A DNA stretch of 64,000 nt, from NCBI GenBank assembly GCA_003490025.1, contig DNJC01000018.1:4358-68357 (forward strand), in the 5' to 3' direction. Below are positions 19,541 through 29,345 of this stretch, one piece after another; position 1 is the stretch's first letter; each line of letters starts with the position of its first letter. The position numbers were made by a program, and so were the translations under genes. Under the pieces are notes generated by a model that saw only the letters and a list, made by a program, of their open reading frames with translations, ran no database searches and was not told where the DNA came from. Source of the DNA: Geobacter sp. (GTDB lineage: Bacteria > Desulfobacterota > Desulfuromonadia > Geobacterales > Geobacteraceae).

Positions 19541-20373
19541 ATGGGAGACTCGGCATACTGGAGACCTGGGTCGACCCGGTCACCATGGAGAAGGCCGTGG
19601 CGGCGGTCGAGGGGTACGTGGAAAAGGGAGAAAGGGCGCACGCGATCTTCGCCGTCAACCCGGAGAAGAACTATTCGGTCCCTAAGGACCCCTCGCTCTA
19701 CCGTGCCTTTCGCGACGCAGACCTGCTCATTCCGGACGGCATCGGCGTGGTGCTGGCGGCGCGTCTGCTGCACCGGGCCCGGCTCTCCCGGGTGCCGGGT
19801 GTGGAACTGATGGAGGAGATCTGCCGGCTCGCCGCCGCCAAAGGCTACGGGATCTTCCTATACGGCGCTCGCGAGGAGGTGAGTGTCGATGCGGCCAGGG
19901 TCCTGGCGGAGCGTTACCCGGGGCTCACCGTGGTGGGAAGGGCCAACGGCTTCGTTACCGAGGAAGGGATGCCGCGGCTGGTGGATGAGATCAACGCCAG
20001 CGGCGCCCGCATCCTGTTTCTGGCGCTCGGGTCGCCCCGTCAGGAGAAGTGGTTCGCGACGCACCGGGACGAGCTGACCTCGGTGCGCGTCTGCCAGGGG
20101 ATCGGCGGATCGCTCGATGCGGTCACCGGCAGGGTGAGGCGGGCGCCTCCCGTTTTCTGCCGGCTCAACCTGGAATGGCTCTACCGCCTGCTCCGCGAGC
20201 CTTCCCGCCTGGGGAGGCAGAAGGTGCTGCCGCTGTTCGCGCTCCGGGTCCTGGGACAAAAACTGAGGCTGATGCTGCAGGCCACGGCACGTCCGGATCG
20301 GTCCGGCGCTTCAGGTCGCGGGGCGGGACCCTCCCTGGCTGCCGAAGACGTCTTCGTTCCCGAGGAGCATTAA
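19537..20373 (+). CDS. WecB/TagA/CpsF glycosyltransferase
   Basis: 'IPDGIGV', 'RVPGVEL', 'ALGSPRQE', 'GIGGSLD', 'LEWLYRL..EP.R'. Confidence 0.9.
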   Translation: MNGRLGILETWVDPVTMEKAVAAVEGYVEKGERAHAIFAVNPEKNYSVPKDPSLYRAFRDADLLIPDGIGVVLAARLLHRARLSRVPGVELMEEICRLAAAKGYGIFLYGAREEVSVDAARVLAERYPGLTVVGRANGFVTEEGMPRLVDEINASGARILFLALGSPRQEKWFATHRDELTSVRVCQGIGGSLDAVTGRVRRAPPVFCRLNLEWLYRLLREPSRLGRQKVLPLFALRVLGQKLRLMLQATARPDRSGASGRGAGPSLAAEDVFVPEEH

Positions 20374-20376
20374 CCT

Positions 20377-21924
20377 GTGAAAATATCGACTTCGCTCAAG
20401 GGCGCTACCGTCTGCACCTCGCTTCTCTTTGCCGGGCTCATCGCCGTCCTCTACCGGGGCGCCTTTTCCTGGCTGGTCACGGTGGACTGGGCCCGAGAGG
20501 ATTACAGCTCCAGCGCCTTCGTCCCCTTCATAGCCGCCTACCTGGTTTACGAGAGGCGCGCGCTGCTGCGGAAGACAACCTGCGTACCCTCCTGGGCGGG
20601 GCTCTTCCCCGTCTGCGCCGGGGTGGCGCTTTACTGGTTGGGGGAACTCTCCGGGGAGTTCTTCTCGATGTACCTCTCCTTCTGGCTGATCCTGGTCGGC
20701 CTTTTCTGGAGTTACATGGGGTGGCGGCGCTTCCAGGTCCTGCTGTTTCCCATGTTGTTCCTGCTGGCGATGTTCCCCCTCCCCAACTACCTGAACACCA
20801 TGCTCACCCTGAAGCTGAAGCTGATCTCCTCCTGGCTCGGCGTCTGGATGATGCGGCTTTACGGCCTCTCGGCCTACCGGGAGGGGAACGTCATCGACCT
20901 AGGTTTCACGCAGCTGCAGGTGGTCGATGCCTGCAGCGGCCTGCGCTATTTCCTCCCGCTCCTGGTGCTGAGTCTCCTTCTGGCCAGCTACTACCGCGCC
21001 CCCCTTTGGAAGAGGGGATTTTTCGTCCTCTCCGCGGTCCCGGTCTCCGTGGTCACCAACGGCCTGCGCATCGCCTCCGTCGGCATCCTGTACCAGTTTT
21101 TCGGCCCGGTGGTGGCGGAGGGGTTCTTTCACGACTTTTCCGGATGGTTCATCTTCATGTTCAGCCTGGCCCTGCTCCTGGCCGAATTGAAGCTGTTGAA
21201 AAGAGTTTTCCCGGATCCGGCGCCGGCGGCGTACGCGTCCGAACCGCAGCTTGAGGCAGCCGTGGATACGGCCGGGGGGGTGCGGAGCTTCCCGGCTCAG
21301 TTGCTGCCGACGCTGCTCCTTCTGGTCTGCTCCCTGGCCGCGGCCAGTGCCGTCGATTTCCGGCAGAAGGTGGTGCCGGCCCGCTCCTTTGCCGGCTTCC
21401 CTTTGGAACTCGCCGGCTGGAAGGGGAGCCGCACCGCGATGGACCGGATCTACCTCGATTCGCTGAAGCTGGACGACTACTCCATGGTGGACTACCGCGA
21501 CCGCGACGGAAAGACTGTGAGCCTCTACGTCGCCTACTACGGGAGCCAGTCCAAGGGGGCGTCGATCCATTCGCCGGCCTCCTGTCTTCCCGGCAGCGGC
21601 TGGATTTTCGAGGAGTCCGGGGCCGTGGCCGTCCCGCTTTCCGGCGCGGCAAGCATGCGGGTGAGCCGGGCCTATATGCAGAAGGGTGAGGTCAAGGAGC
21701 TCACCTACTACTGGTTCCCGCAGAGGGGTCGCATCCTCACCGACACCTGGGAGCTGAAGCTTTACAACTTCTGGGACGCGCTTACCAGGCAAAGGACCGA
21801 CGGCGCGCTGGTGCGGGTCATCACCCCACTGTACGGCGCGGAGCGCCCGGGCGACGCCGAGCTGCGCCTGCAGGCGTTCACCCGGGAGATCACCCCGGTG
21901 CTGGCGCGTTTCATTCCCCGGTGA
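20377..21924 (+). CDS. Exosortase (XrtD-like) fused to EpsI domain
   Basis: Catalytic Cys-Arg-His in 'VVDACSGLR', 'NGLRI' and 'FFHDFSG'; EpsI motifs 'IHSPASCLPGSGW' and 'RTDGALVR'. Confidence 0.9.
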   Translation: MKISTSLKGATVCTSLLFAGLIAVLYRGAFSWLVTVDWAREDYSSSAFVPFIAAYLVYERRALLRKTTCVPSWAGLFPVCAGVALYWLGELSGEFFSMYLSFWLILVGLFWSYMGWRRFQVLLFPMLFLLAMFPLPNYLNTMLTLKLKLISSWLGVWMMRLYGLSAYREGNVIDLGFTQLQVVDACSGLRYFLPLLVLSLLLASYYRAPLWKRGFFVLSAVPVSVVTNGLRIASVGILYQFFGPVVAEGFFHDFSGWFIFMFSLALLLAELKLLKRVFPDPAPAAYASEPQLEAAVDTAGGVRSFPAQLLPTLLLLVCSLAAASAVDFRQKVVPARSFAGFPLELAGWKGSRTAMDRIYLDSLKLDDYSMVDYRDRDGKTVSLYVAYYGSQSKGASIHSPASCLPGSGWIFEESGAVAVPLSGAASMRVSRAYMQKGEVKELTYYWFPQRGRILTDTWELKLYNFWDALTRQRTDGALVRVITPLYGAERPGDAELRLQAFTREITPVLARFIPR

Positions 21925-23561
21925 TCAAGAGCCCCATGATCTTTCTCTCCACGCTAATCATCTCGCTGCTGATAACCATCGCGCTCACGCCGCTGTTCAG
22001 CTCCATGGCGCTCAGGTTTCAGTTGGTCGACCTTCCCAACGAGAGGAAGGTGCACCAGGTTCCCGTGCCCAGGGTGGGAGGTGTCGCCATGGCCCTGGGC
22101 GCCTTCATCCCGCTTGCCTGCTGGAACTTCCAGGACCACTTCGTCCGGGCCTACCTTCTGGGTGCCGGCGTGCTGGTCCTCTTCGGCGCCGTCGACGACC
22201 TGCGTGAACTCTCTCCGCGCTTCAAGTTCCTGGGGCAGACGGCGGCCGCTCTTTGCGCGGTCTTCGTGGGCGGGATCAGGATTAGCAGCCTCGGCATGCT
22301 GGCCCCGGAGAACTACCTCCTTCCGGAACCCGCGTCCGTCCTCCTCACCGTGCTTGCCATCGTCGGGGTGACCAACGCCATCAACCTCTCCGACGGCCTG
22401 GACGGGCTGGCGGGGGGAATCTGCCTTCTCATCTTCGCCGGGATCGGCTACCTCTCCTACCTGGTGGCCGACTACACGGCGGGGCTCATCTGCCTCGCCC
22501 TTGGGGGGGCGCTCTTCGGGTTCCTGCGCTTCAACACCCATCCCGCCTCCGTCTTCATGGGAGATTCCGGCAGCCAGTTCCTCGGCTTCTCCGCCATCGT
22601 CCTGTCGCTCGGTCTCACCCAGGGGAGCGCCACCGCGCTCAGCCCTCTGCTCCCCCTAATACTGCTCGGCTTTCCCATCCTCGACACGCTCACCGTCATG
22701 GCGACGAGGATCAGCCACGGGCGCTCCCCCTTCAGCGCGGACAAGAACCATTTCCACCACAACCTGATGGCCTTGGGATTCCTGCACCCGGAGAGCGTCC
22801 TCATCATCTACGTCTTCCAGACCATGCTGCTTTTGGCCGCCGTGGCGCTCCGGTTCTACTCGGACTGGACCCTGCTCCTCGGCTACCTGGTCTTCTCCCT
22901 GCTGGTTTTGACCGGCTTCGCACGGGCCGCCAGGACCCGCAGCACGGTTCGGCGCTTCGAGTTCTTCGACGCCAAGATCGCCGGAAGGCTGCGCCTGCTG
23001 AAGAGCGAGGGGGTGGTGATCAGGTACTCGTTCCGTCTCTTCGAGACCGCGGTCCCGCTCCTGCTCCTCATCACCTGCCTGGTGGCGCAGAGGCCCGCCG
23101 TCTACCTGAGCGTGATCTGCCTCGTCTCCTGCGCGGCGGTCCTTGCCGCCTGCCGGCTGAAAAGCGCCTGGCTCCCGGGCCTGCTCAGGTTCCTGCTCTA
23201 CCTCCTGATCCCTTTTTCCGTCTATCTCACCCGCGAACCGGTGGCGCATCTGGAGGACGGCATAGCCGCGCTCTACAACGGCTCATTCGGCGCCGTCGCT
23301 GTGCTGATCATCCTGGTTTCCAAGTTCTCCCGCAGGAAGTCGGGCTTTCGCAGCTCCCCCATGGACTTCCTGATCTGCATCCTGGCCCTGGTCGTGCCGA
23401 ACCTCCCCAGCCAGGGGGCGGGCGATGTCGGGGTAGGGGTGGTGGCGGCCAAGATCCTGCTCCTTTATTTCAGCTTCGAGGTGCTGCAGGCCGAGATGCG
23501 GGGCGAGCTGAAACGCTTCGCCCTTTGGACCGCGGCGTCCCTGGTCGCGCTCGCTTTTTAA
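21921..23561 (+). CDS. WecA/MraY-like undecaprenyl-phosphate sugar-1-phosphate transferase with C-terminal membrane extension
   Basis: 'RKVH..PVPRVGG', 'VDD', 'NAINLSDGLDGLAGG', 'FMGDSG', 'DKNHFHH'. Confidence 0.9.
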   Translation: MIKSPMIFLSTLIISLLITIALTPLFSSMALRFQLVDLPNERKVHQVPVPRVGGVAMALGAFIPLACWNFQDHFVRAYLLGAGVLVLFGAVDDLRELSPRFKFLGQTAAALCAVFVGGIRISSLGMLAPENYLLPEPASVLLTVLAIVGVTNAINLSDGLDGLAGGICLLIFAGIGYLSYLVADYTAGLICLALGGALFGFLRFNTHPASVFMGDSGSQFLGFSAIVLSLGLTQGSATALSPLLPLILLGFPILDTLTVMATRISHGRSPFSADKNHFHHNLMALGFLHPESVLIIYVFQTMLLLAAVALRFYSDWTLLLGYLVFSLLVLTGFARAARTRSTVRRFEFFDAKIAGRLRLLKSEGVVIRYSFRLFETAVPLLLLITCLVAQRPAVYLSVICLVSCAAVLAACRLKSAWLPGLLRFLLYLLIPFSVYLTREPVAHLEDGIAALYNGSFGAVAVLIILVSKFSRRKSGFRSSPMDFLICILALVVPNLPSQGAGDVGVGVVAAKILLLYFSFEVLQAEMRGELKRFALWTAASLVALAF

Positions 23562-23583
23562 AAACTGTCGCTGACAGCATTCA

Positions 23584-25584
23584 ATGGAGGACCATCTCAT
23601 GCGTTACAACCGCACGCTCACACTGCTGCTGCTCCTCGCCTCAACCATGCTCATACTCTCCTGCTCCGGTCCCGAGGCCAAAAAACAGAAGTTCTTCGGC
23701 AAGGGAAAGGCCCTTTTCGAGAAGGGGGAATACGTGAAGGCCCGCCTGGAGCTGAAGAACGCCATCCAGATCGACCCGAAGTTCGCCGACGCCTTCCGGG
23801 TCATCGGCCTCATCGAAATGAGGGAGGGGAACCTGAAGGGGGCCTTCGCCAGCTTCGGCAAGGCGGTGCAGCTGAACCCGGCGGACAAGGAGGCGCAGTA
23901 CCAGCTGGGCAAGATCTATCTCGCGGCGAGGGAGCTGGACCATGCCCTGGAAAAGGCCGAGCTGCTCCTCAAGGCGGACCCCGGCTACCCGGAGGCGCTC
24001 CTTTTGAAGGGGGCGGTCATGGTGGCCCGCCAGCAGCCGGGAGATGCCCGGGAATTCCTGGCGCAGGTGATAGCGCGCGGGGTGGGGAAGCCGGATGCCT
24101 TCCTGCTCCTTGCCAACGCCTGCCTGCAGGGAGGGGACCGGAATGGGGCCGAGGAGGCTGTCAGGCGCGGTCTGAAGGGAAACCCGGACTCGGTCGAACT
24201 GGTACTCGCCCTGGCGGGGCTCTGCACGCAGGGCGGCAAGAGCGACGAGGCGGCGTCCCTGCTGCAGAAGGCCTGCACGCTTGAGCCAAAGAACCTGAGC
24301 CACCAGATCGCCTTGGCCGACTTCCACTGGACCCGCGGCAAGGAGGCCGAGGCGACCTCGCTGCTGCGCCTGATGGTGGCCGCGGAGCCTGCCGACGAAG
24401 AACGGCGTCTCAGGTCGGCCGATTTTTTCCTGGAGCGAAAGCGTCTCCCCGAAGCGGAGCGGGAACTGAAGGAGGGGGTCGCCTCCAACCGGAAAAGCGG
24501 CGTGCTTCGTTTCGCCCTGGCCGAGCTGTACCTGAAAAGCGACCGGGGCGAGCAGGCGGTCGCCACCCTGAAGGAGTGCGTCTCCCTGGGCAAGGCGGGC
24601 GACCCGGCCGTGATCCAGGCCAAGACCGCCCTGGCCAAGGCGTACCTGCAGCGCTCGGAGCTTGACAGCGCCGCCGTCCAGGTCGAGGAGGTGCTGAAGG
24701 AGAGTCCCAAGAACGTGGACGCCCGCTACCTCAAGGGGAGCATTCAGCTTCAAAAGGGAGACGCCGCCGGCGCGGTCACCGAGTTCAGGACCGTGGTGAG
24801 CGAGAGGCCCCAGTTCCTCGACGGCTACATCCGTCTGGCGGAGGCGTACCTTATGGAAAAGGAGGAGAACCTCTCTATCGACGCGCTGAAAAGCGCCCAG
24901 AAGCTCGACCCGGAGTCGCGCGAGGTGCAGTTGGCCCTCTCCCGCTACCATTCCCTCCGGGGCGACCTGAAAGAGGCGCACCGCGTGCTGGCCGGGATGC
25001 TCGGCAGGAACCCGGCGGATCTGGAGGCCCGCGTGGAGCGGGGAGATCTCTTCGCCCACAGCGGCGACTTCAGGAGGGCCGAGGCGGAATACCTCGAGGT
25101 GAAGAGAAGAGCACCCGCCCTGCCGATAGCTTACGCGAGGTGCGGCGCGCTCTACGCGAAGCAGGGGAAGCAGGCGCGGGCCGTGGCCGAGTACGAAAGG
25201 GCGCTCACCCTGAACCAGGGCTCCTGGCTTCTGGCCAACGACCTCGCCTACCTGCTGGCCCAGAGCGCGCGCTCCCCAAAGGAACTGGACCGCGCCCTGG
25301 CGCTTGCAGAAAAGGCGCGCTCGCTGAACCCGGAGGCGTCGAACGTGCTGGATACGCTCGGCTGGCTGCACTACAGGAAGGGGGAGGCAGACAAGGCCGT
25401 CGAGTTGCTGCGCCAAGTGCAGTCGAAGAACCCCGAATCCCCCGAGGTGAACTACCACCTGGGCATGGCCCTTTACAAGGCCGGGAAGCTCCCCGAGGCG
25501 AAGGAGAAACTGGCGAAGTCGGTCGCGGGAAAGGGGACCTTCCCGGGGCGGGACGAGGCGGCCGCCACGCTGGCTCGGATCTAG
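23584..25584 (+). CDS. TPR-repeat lipoprotein (PrsT-like, exosortase-system associated)
   Basis: Lipobox 'ILSC', many TPR units, 'DTLGWLHY', 'YHLGMAL'; the start may be ATG 23599. Confidence 0.85.
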   Translation: MEDHLMRYNRTLTLLLLLASTMLILSCSGPEAKKQKFFGKGKALFEKGEYVKARLELKNAIQIDPKFADAFRVIGLIEMREGNLKGAFASFGKAVQLNPADKEAQYQLGKIYLAARELDHALEKAELLLKADPGYPEALLLKGAVMVARQQPGDAREFLAQVIARGVGKPDAFLLLANACLQGGDRNGAEEAVRRGLKGNPDSVELVLALAGLCTQGGKSDEAASLLQKACTLEPKNLSHQIALADFHWTRGKEAEATSLLRLMVAAEPADEERRLRSADFFLERKRLPEAERELKEGVASNRKSGVLRFALAELYLKSDRGEQAVATLKECVSLGKAGDPAVIQAKTALAKAYLQRSELDSAAVQVEEVLKESPKNVDARYLKGSIQLQKGDAAGAVTEFRTVVSERPQFLDGYIRLAEAYLMEKEENLSIDALKSAQKLDPESREVQLALSRYHSLRGDLKEAHRVLAGMLGRNPADLEARVERGDLFAHSGDFRRAEAEYLEVKRRAPALPIAYARCGALYAKQGKQARAVAEYERALTLNQGSWLLANDLAYLLAQSARSPKELDRALALAEKARSLNPEASNVLDTLGWLHYRKGEADKAVELLRQVQSKNPESPEVNYHLGMALYKAGKLPEAKEKLAKSVAGKGTFPGRDEAAATLARI

Positions 25585-25740
25585 CCGGCTGCCGTATCGG
25601 TCCCTGTGGTCGTTTGTCCGAATTATCATTCGGTTGTGATGTCGATGTAACTTTGAACGTGTATAAGTCTGGCGTTCCAGTGATTGAGAAAGCTTCGGGA
25701 CCGGCCGGATGCCGGCTCGGGAAGTACCGGTGAGGAAATT

Positions 25741-26505
25741 ATGCCTTTAAGAAGCATCGCTGTGATTCTCTTTGTTCAGTTGCTGTTTTCCTCTGTTGCC
25801 GTGTGGGGCTCCGAAAACGGCGCCATGACCGTTCCCGCTACGCAGGAAGAGGCCGCGCCCGCTGCAGCCGAGCCTGCGGCGTCGAGTCCTCCCCTCCAGG
25901 CCGCGGTGCCGGCCCCGGACGCGGTGGCCTGGTGGCGCGAAGCGGCCGGCCGGCTCGGCCTTGGGCCGGACACGAACCCCGGCGAGAGCGCGGAGCCTGC
26001 CTCTGGGCGTCCTGCGCAGGTTTCCGAGTACGTGATAGGGGCGGGGGACCAGCTGGGGATCTCCGTTTGGCGCGAAGAGCACCTTAGCGGCACCGTGGCG
26101 GTGCTGCCGGACGGCAGGATCTCCTTTCCGCTGGTCGGGGAGCTTGTCGCGGCGGGGAAAACCGTGGCCCAGCTAAAGCACGAACTCGAGACGAAACTTT
26201 CCCGCTTCGTCAGCGAGGCGGGAGTGACCGTCGAGGTGAAGCAGGCCAACAGCATGACGGTGTTCATCCTCGGGCGGGTCAACGCCCCCGGTCGTCAGAC
26301 CATGCTCGCTTCCACCAACGTGCTGCAGGCCTTGGCCATGGCTGGAGGGATGAACCCCTACGCGCGCAGGAACGACGTGAAGGTGTTCCGGCAGCAGGCG
26401 GGGAAGACGGTGGTATTCCCCTTCGACTATGACGACGTCACAAAGGGGAGGCACCTGGAGACGAACATAGAGCTGCAGCGGGGCGATGTCGTCATTGTTC
26501 CCTGA
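25741..26505 (+). CDS. Short polysaccharide export protein (OPX/Wza family)
   Basis: 'YVIGAGDQL.ISVW', 'VLPDGRISFPLVG', an SLBB domain, ending 'LQRGDVVIVP'. Confidence 0.9.
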   Translation: MPLRSIAVILFVQLLFSSVAVWGSENGAMTVPATQEEAAPAAAEPAASSPPLQAAVPAPDAVAWWREAAGRLGLGPDTNPGESAEPASGRPAQVSEYVIGAGDQLGISVWREEHLSGTVAVLPDGRISFPLVGELVAAGKTVAQLKHELETKLSRFVSEAGVTVEVKQANSMTVFILGRVNAPGRQTMLASTNVLQALAMAGGMNPYARRNDVKVFRQQAGKTVVFPFDYDDVTKGRHLETNIELQRGDVVIVP

Positions 26506-27691
26506 TATCTTGCGCGCGACACGGGTCATTGCCGCACTTTGGGCGCTGAATCTGCTGGCCCCTCCCTCCTCGCAGGCGGGGGACTTCTTCCTGGCCCCGG
26601 GGCTCTTCCTGCGGCAGGAGTACAACGACAACGTCGAGGCGGTGAGTTCGAACCGGCGCGGCGACGAGATAACCACCGTCTCCCCCACGCTTGCCGTCTC
26701 GCACAAAAGCGAAACCGGCGCGGCTCTCCTCTCCGGCGGGGCCAGCGCGCTTTACTACCGGCAGCATACCAGGAGCGACAGCGTCGGGTATTTCCTCAAC
26801 GGTGCCGGCAGCTGGGCGCCGACCCCGCGGCTGGGCTTTTCCGCCGACCTGGGATACACCAGGGATTCCAGCGCCAGTTCCATCGATCCGGCCAGCGCGC
26901 TGGTGGTCAGTTCGCGCACCCAGCGCCAGAGCTGCCGGCTGGCAGGGAGATACCAGTTGGACGAGTTGTCCGCCTCCAGCTTCGCGTTCGACTTCGGAAA
27001 GACCGCCTACGACACCCCCACCTACCCGGATGCCAGCTATTTCCAGGGAAGCGCCGGGGTCGATTACGACCTCGGGAGGTTCTTTCCCAAGGGGGTCGTG
27101 ACGCCGCTGGTGAGCCTTCGGCAGGACAGGACACCGCTGTCGCAGGTGGACAACCTGAACCTCACGCTCGGCTTTTCCCGGGCGCTGGACGAGCTCTGGG
27201 CGCTCTCTCTGAACGGCGGGGCGCGCTTCACCCGCTCCGAGTTCGGCAGCGCCGACTCGCCCGAGCGGGCGACGCACCGGGACGTCGGGGCGCTGGGCAA
27301 ACTCCTCCTCTCCTATACCGGCGAGGGGACCTCGGCGAACGCCACCCTCTCCCGCAGCCTGACCCCCGCCTCGGGGAGAACCGGCGCCACGCAGCTCACC
27401 GGGGCGACCCTCACCTTTTTCGAGAGGATCGCCGGCGGGCTGTCGGGGAGGCTCGACGCGGGATATGCCCGGAACCGCTCCGCCGAGAAGCAGTACGCGG
27501 CCCAGGCGGTGGACGAGCGCTCCAGGAGCATCAGCGGCACGCTGATCTACGCGTTTCAGGAAGCGCAACGCGGCCTGACGCTGGAGGGAGGCTACAGCTA
27601 CCACGGCACGAAATACCTGATTTCCGGCGCCAAGATGGCCCAAAACATCTTCATGCTGCGGCTCAACTGGCAGCACGAAATGTTCAGATAG
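26486..27691 (+). CDS. Outer-membrane beta-barrel protein of the EPS export system
   Basis: Signal peptide, 'QEYNDN', alternating beta-strand pattern, aromatic-rich C-terminus; lies between OPX and co-polymerase. Confidence 0.75.
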   Translation: MSSLFPDILRATRVIAALWALNLLAPPSSQAGDFFLAPGLFLRQEYNDNVEAVSSNRRGDEITTVSPTLAVSHKSETGAALLSGGASALYYRQHTRSDSVGYFLNGAGSWAPTPRLGFSADLGYTRDSSASSIDPASALVVSSRTQRQSCRLAGRYQLDELSASSFAFDFGKTAYDTPTYPDASYFQGSAGVDYDLGRFFPKGVVTPLVSLRQDRTPLSQVDNLNLTLGFSRALDELWALSLNGGARFTRSEFGSADSPERATHRDVGALGKLLLSYTGEGTSANATLSRSLTPASGRTGATQLTGATLTFFERIAGGLSGRLDAGYARNRSAEKQYAAQAVDERSRSISGTLIYAFQEAQRGLTLEGGYSYHGTKYLISGAKMAQNIFMLRLNWQHEMFR

Positions 27692-27748
27692 CCCCCGGCA
27701 CGGGAAACACATCATTAGAACCGATCTACCGGAATCGCGAGGAGACGC

Positions 27749-29314
27749 ATGGGACAGGAAGTGAAAACAGTGCAGGATTTCCTTGAAATCCTGAAACGGC
27801 GCAAATGGAGCATCTTGGTAACCGCAGCTACGGTATTCGTCATGTCGGCGCTGCTGGCCTTCCTGCTCCCCCCGCAGTACCGCTCCTCATCGACCATCCT
27901 GATCGAGGACCAGGAGGTGCCGCGCGATTTCGTCAATACCACCGTCACCAGCTACGCGGACCAGAGGCTGCAGACCATAAACCAGCGGATCATGGGGACC
28001 GACAGGCTCCTGGAAATCATCAGGAAGTTCAACCTCTACCCCGAGCTGAGGGTGAAGTGGACCACCGAAGAGATCGTCGCCAAGATGCGCAAGGACATCA
28101 AGCTGAACACCATCAGCGCCGACGTCATCGATCCCCGCTCCGGGATGCCCAGGCCCGCCACCATCGCCTTCACCCTCTCGTACCAGGGGAAGTCGGCGCA
28201 GGTGGTGCAGCAGGTGGCGGGCGAGCTGGCCTCGCTCTACCTCTCCGAAAACCTGGCGACGCGCGAGCGGCAGTCGCAGGGGACCTCGACCTTCATGGAA
28301 GAGGAAATGAAGCAGATAAAGGCGAAGCTGGCCGACACCGACGCGAAGATCGCCGTGTACAAGAAGCAGCACGTCAACGCCCTCCCGGAACTGGCGCAGG
28401 CGAACCTGCAGATCGCGGAATCGGCCGAGCAGGAGATCGTGAGGCTGAACGAGCAGCTGCGCAGCCTCAGGGAGAGGGAAAGCTCGGCCAGGTCCAGGCT
28501 GGAGTCGATATCCACCGACGCGGCGAGCCAGGACAAGGCGCGCCTGGCCGAACTGAGGGTCAAACTGGGAGAGCTGAAGACCCGGCTCACCGACGAACAC
28601 CCGGACGTCATCAAGACCAGGAGGGAACTGGCCGAGGTGTCGAAGCAGCTGCAGGCAGCCGGGCGCGGATCGGCGGACAACAAGCCTGACAACGTGGCCT
28701 ACATAACCCTCTCCTCGGAGCTTGCCGGGGTGCAGTCCGAGATCGACTCGGCCAGGAGGCAGATCACTTCCTTCACCAGGAAGCGGGACGACTACCGGAC
28801 CAGGCTCTCCGCGACCCCCGGCGTCGAGGAGGGGTACCGCGCCCTCTTGGACGACCGCAACCACCTCCAGCTCAAGTCCGACGACCTGACCAGGAAGTTC
28901 CTGGAGGCGAAGACGGCCAACGGGCTGGAAAAGGAGCAGAAGGGCGAGCGTTTCTCGCTCATCGACGCGGCGCGGCTCCCGGAGATGCCGGTCAGCCCGA
29001 ACATACCGGCCATCCTGCTGGTGGGCCTTGCGCTCGGCGCGGTCTGCGGTGCGGCGGCGGCCGCCATCAGGGAGCAAAGCGACCACACGGCGCGCACCCC
29101 GGAGCAGCTCTTTAACGCCACCTGTCTGCCGGTGCTGGCCAGCATCCCCGCCATCCTCACCTGGCAGGATCTCGACCAGCGCAAGGTCAGGCGCAGGAAC
29201 GCGGCGATCGGGCTCGTGGTCGTGCTGGTGCTGATCCCGGTCGCCTTCCAGTTCCTGGTGATGGACCTCGACGTCTTCTGGGCCCGGCTGCTGCGCCGCG
29301 TCGCGAAAATCTAA
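27749..29314 (+). CDS. Polysaccharide co-polymerase (Wzz/GumC/Wzc N-domain)
   Basis: N-terminal TM with 'LPPQYRS', coiled coil with 'HPDV', and 'LIDAARLPE.PVSPN' before the C-terminal TM. Confidence 0.9.
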   Translation: MGQEVKTVQDFLEILKRRKWSILVTAATVFVMSALLAFLLPPQYRSSSTILIEDQEVPRDFVNTTVTSYADQRLQTINQRIMGTDRLLEIIRKFNLYPELRVKWTTEEIVAKMRKDIKLNTISADVIDPRSGMPRPATIAFTLSYQGKSAQVVQQVAGELASLYLSENLATRERQSQGTSTFMEEEMKQIKAKLADTDAKIAVYKKQHVNALPELAQANLQIAESAEQEIVRLNEQLRSLRERESSARSRLESISTDAASQDKARLAELRVKLGELKTRLTDEHPDVIKTRRELAEVSKQLQAAGRGSADNKPDNVAYITLSSELAGVQSEIDSARRQITSFTRKRDDYRTRLSATPGVEEGYRALLDDRNHLQLKSDDLTRKFLEAKTANGLEKEQKGERFSLIDAARLPEMPVSPNIPAILLVGLALGAVCGAAAAAIREQSDHTARTPEQLFNATCLPVLASIPAILTWQDLDQRKVRRRNAAIGLVVVLVLIPVAFQFLVMDLDVFWARLLRRVAKI

Positions 29315-29345
29315 CTGGAAACCCAATACAAAAGGAGCGCCCGAG

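Noticed and set aside
25670-25687. Sigma54 promoter upstream of the OPX gene
   Set aside because: TGGC is present but there is no GC/TTGC at the correct -12 spacing.
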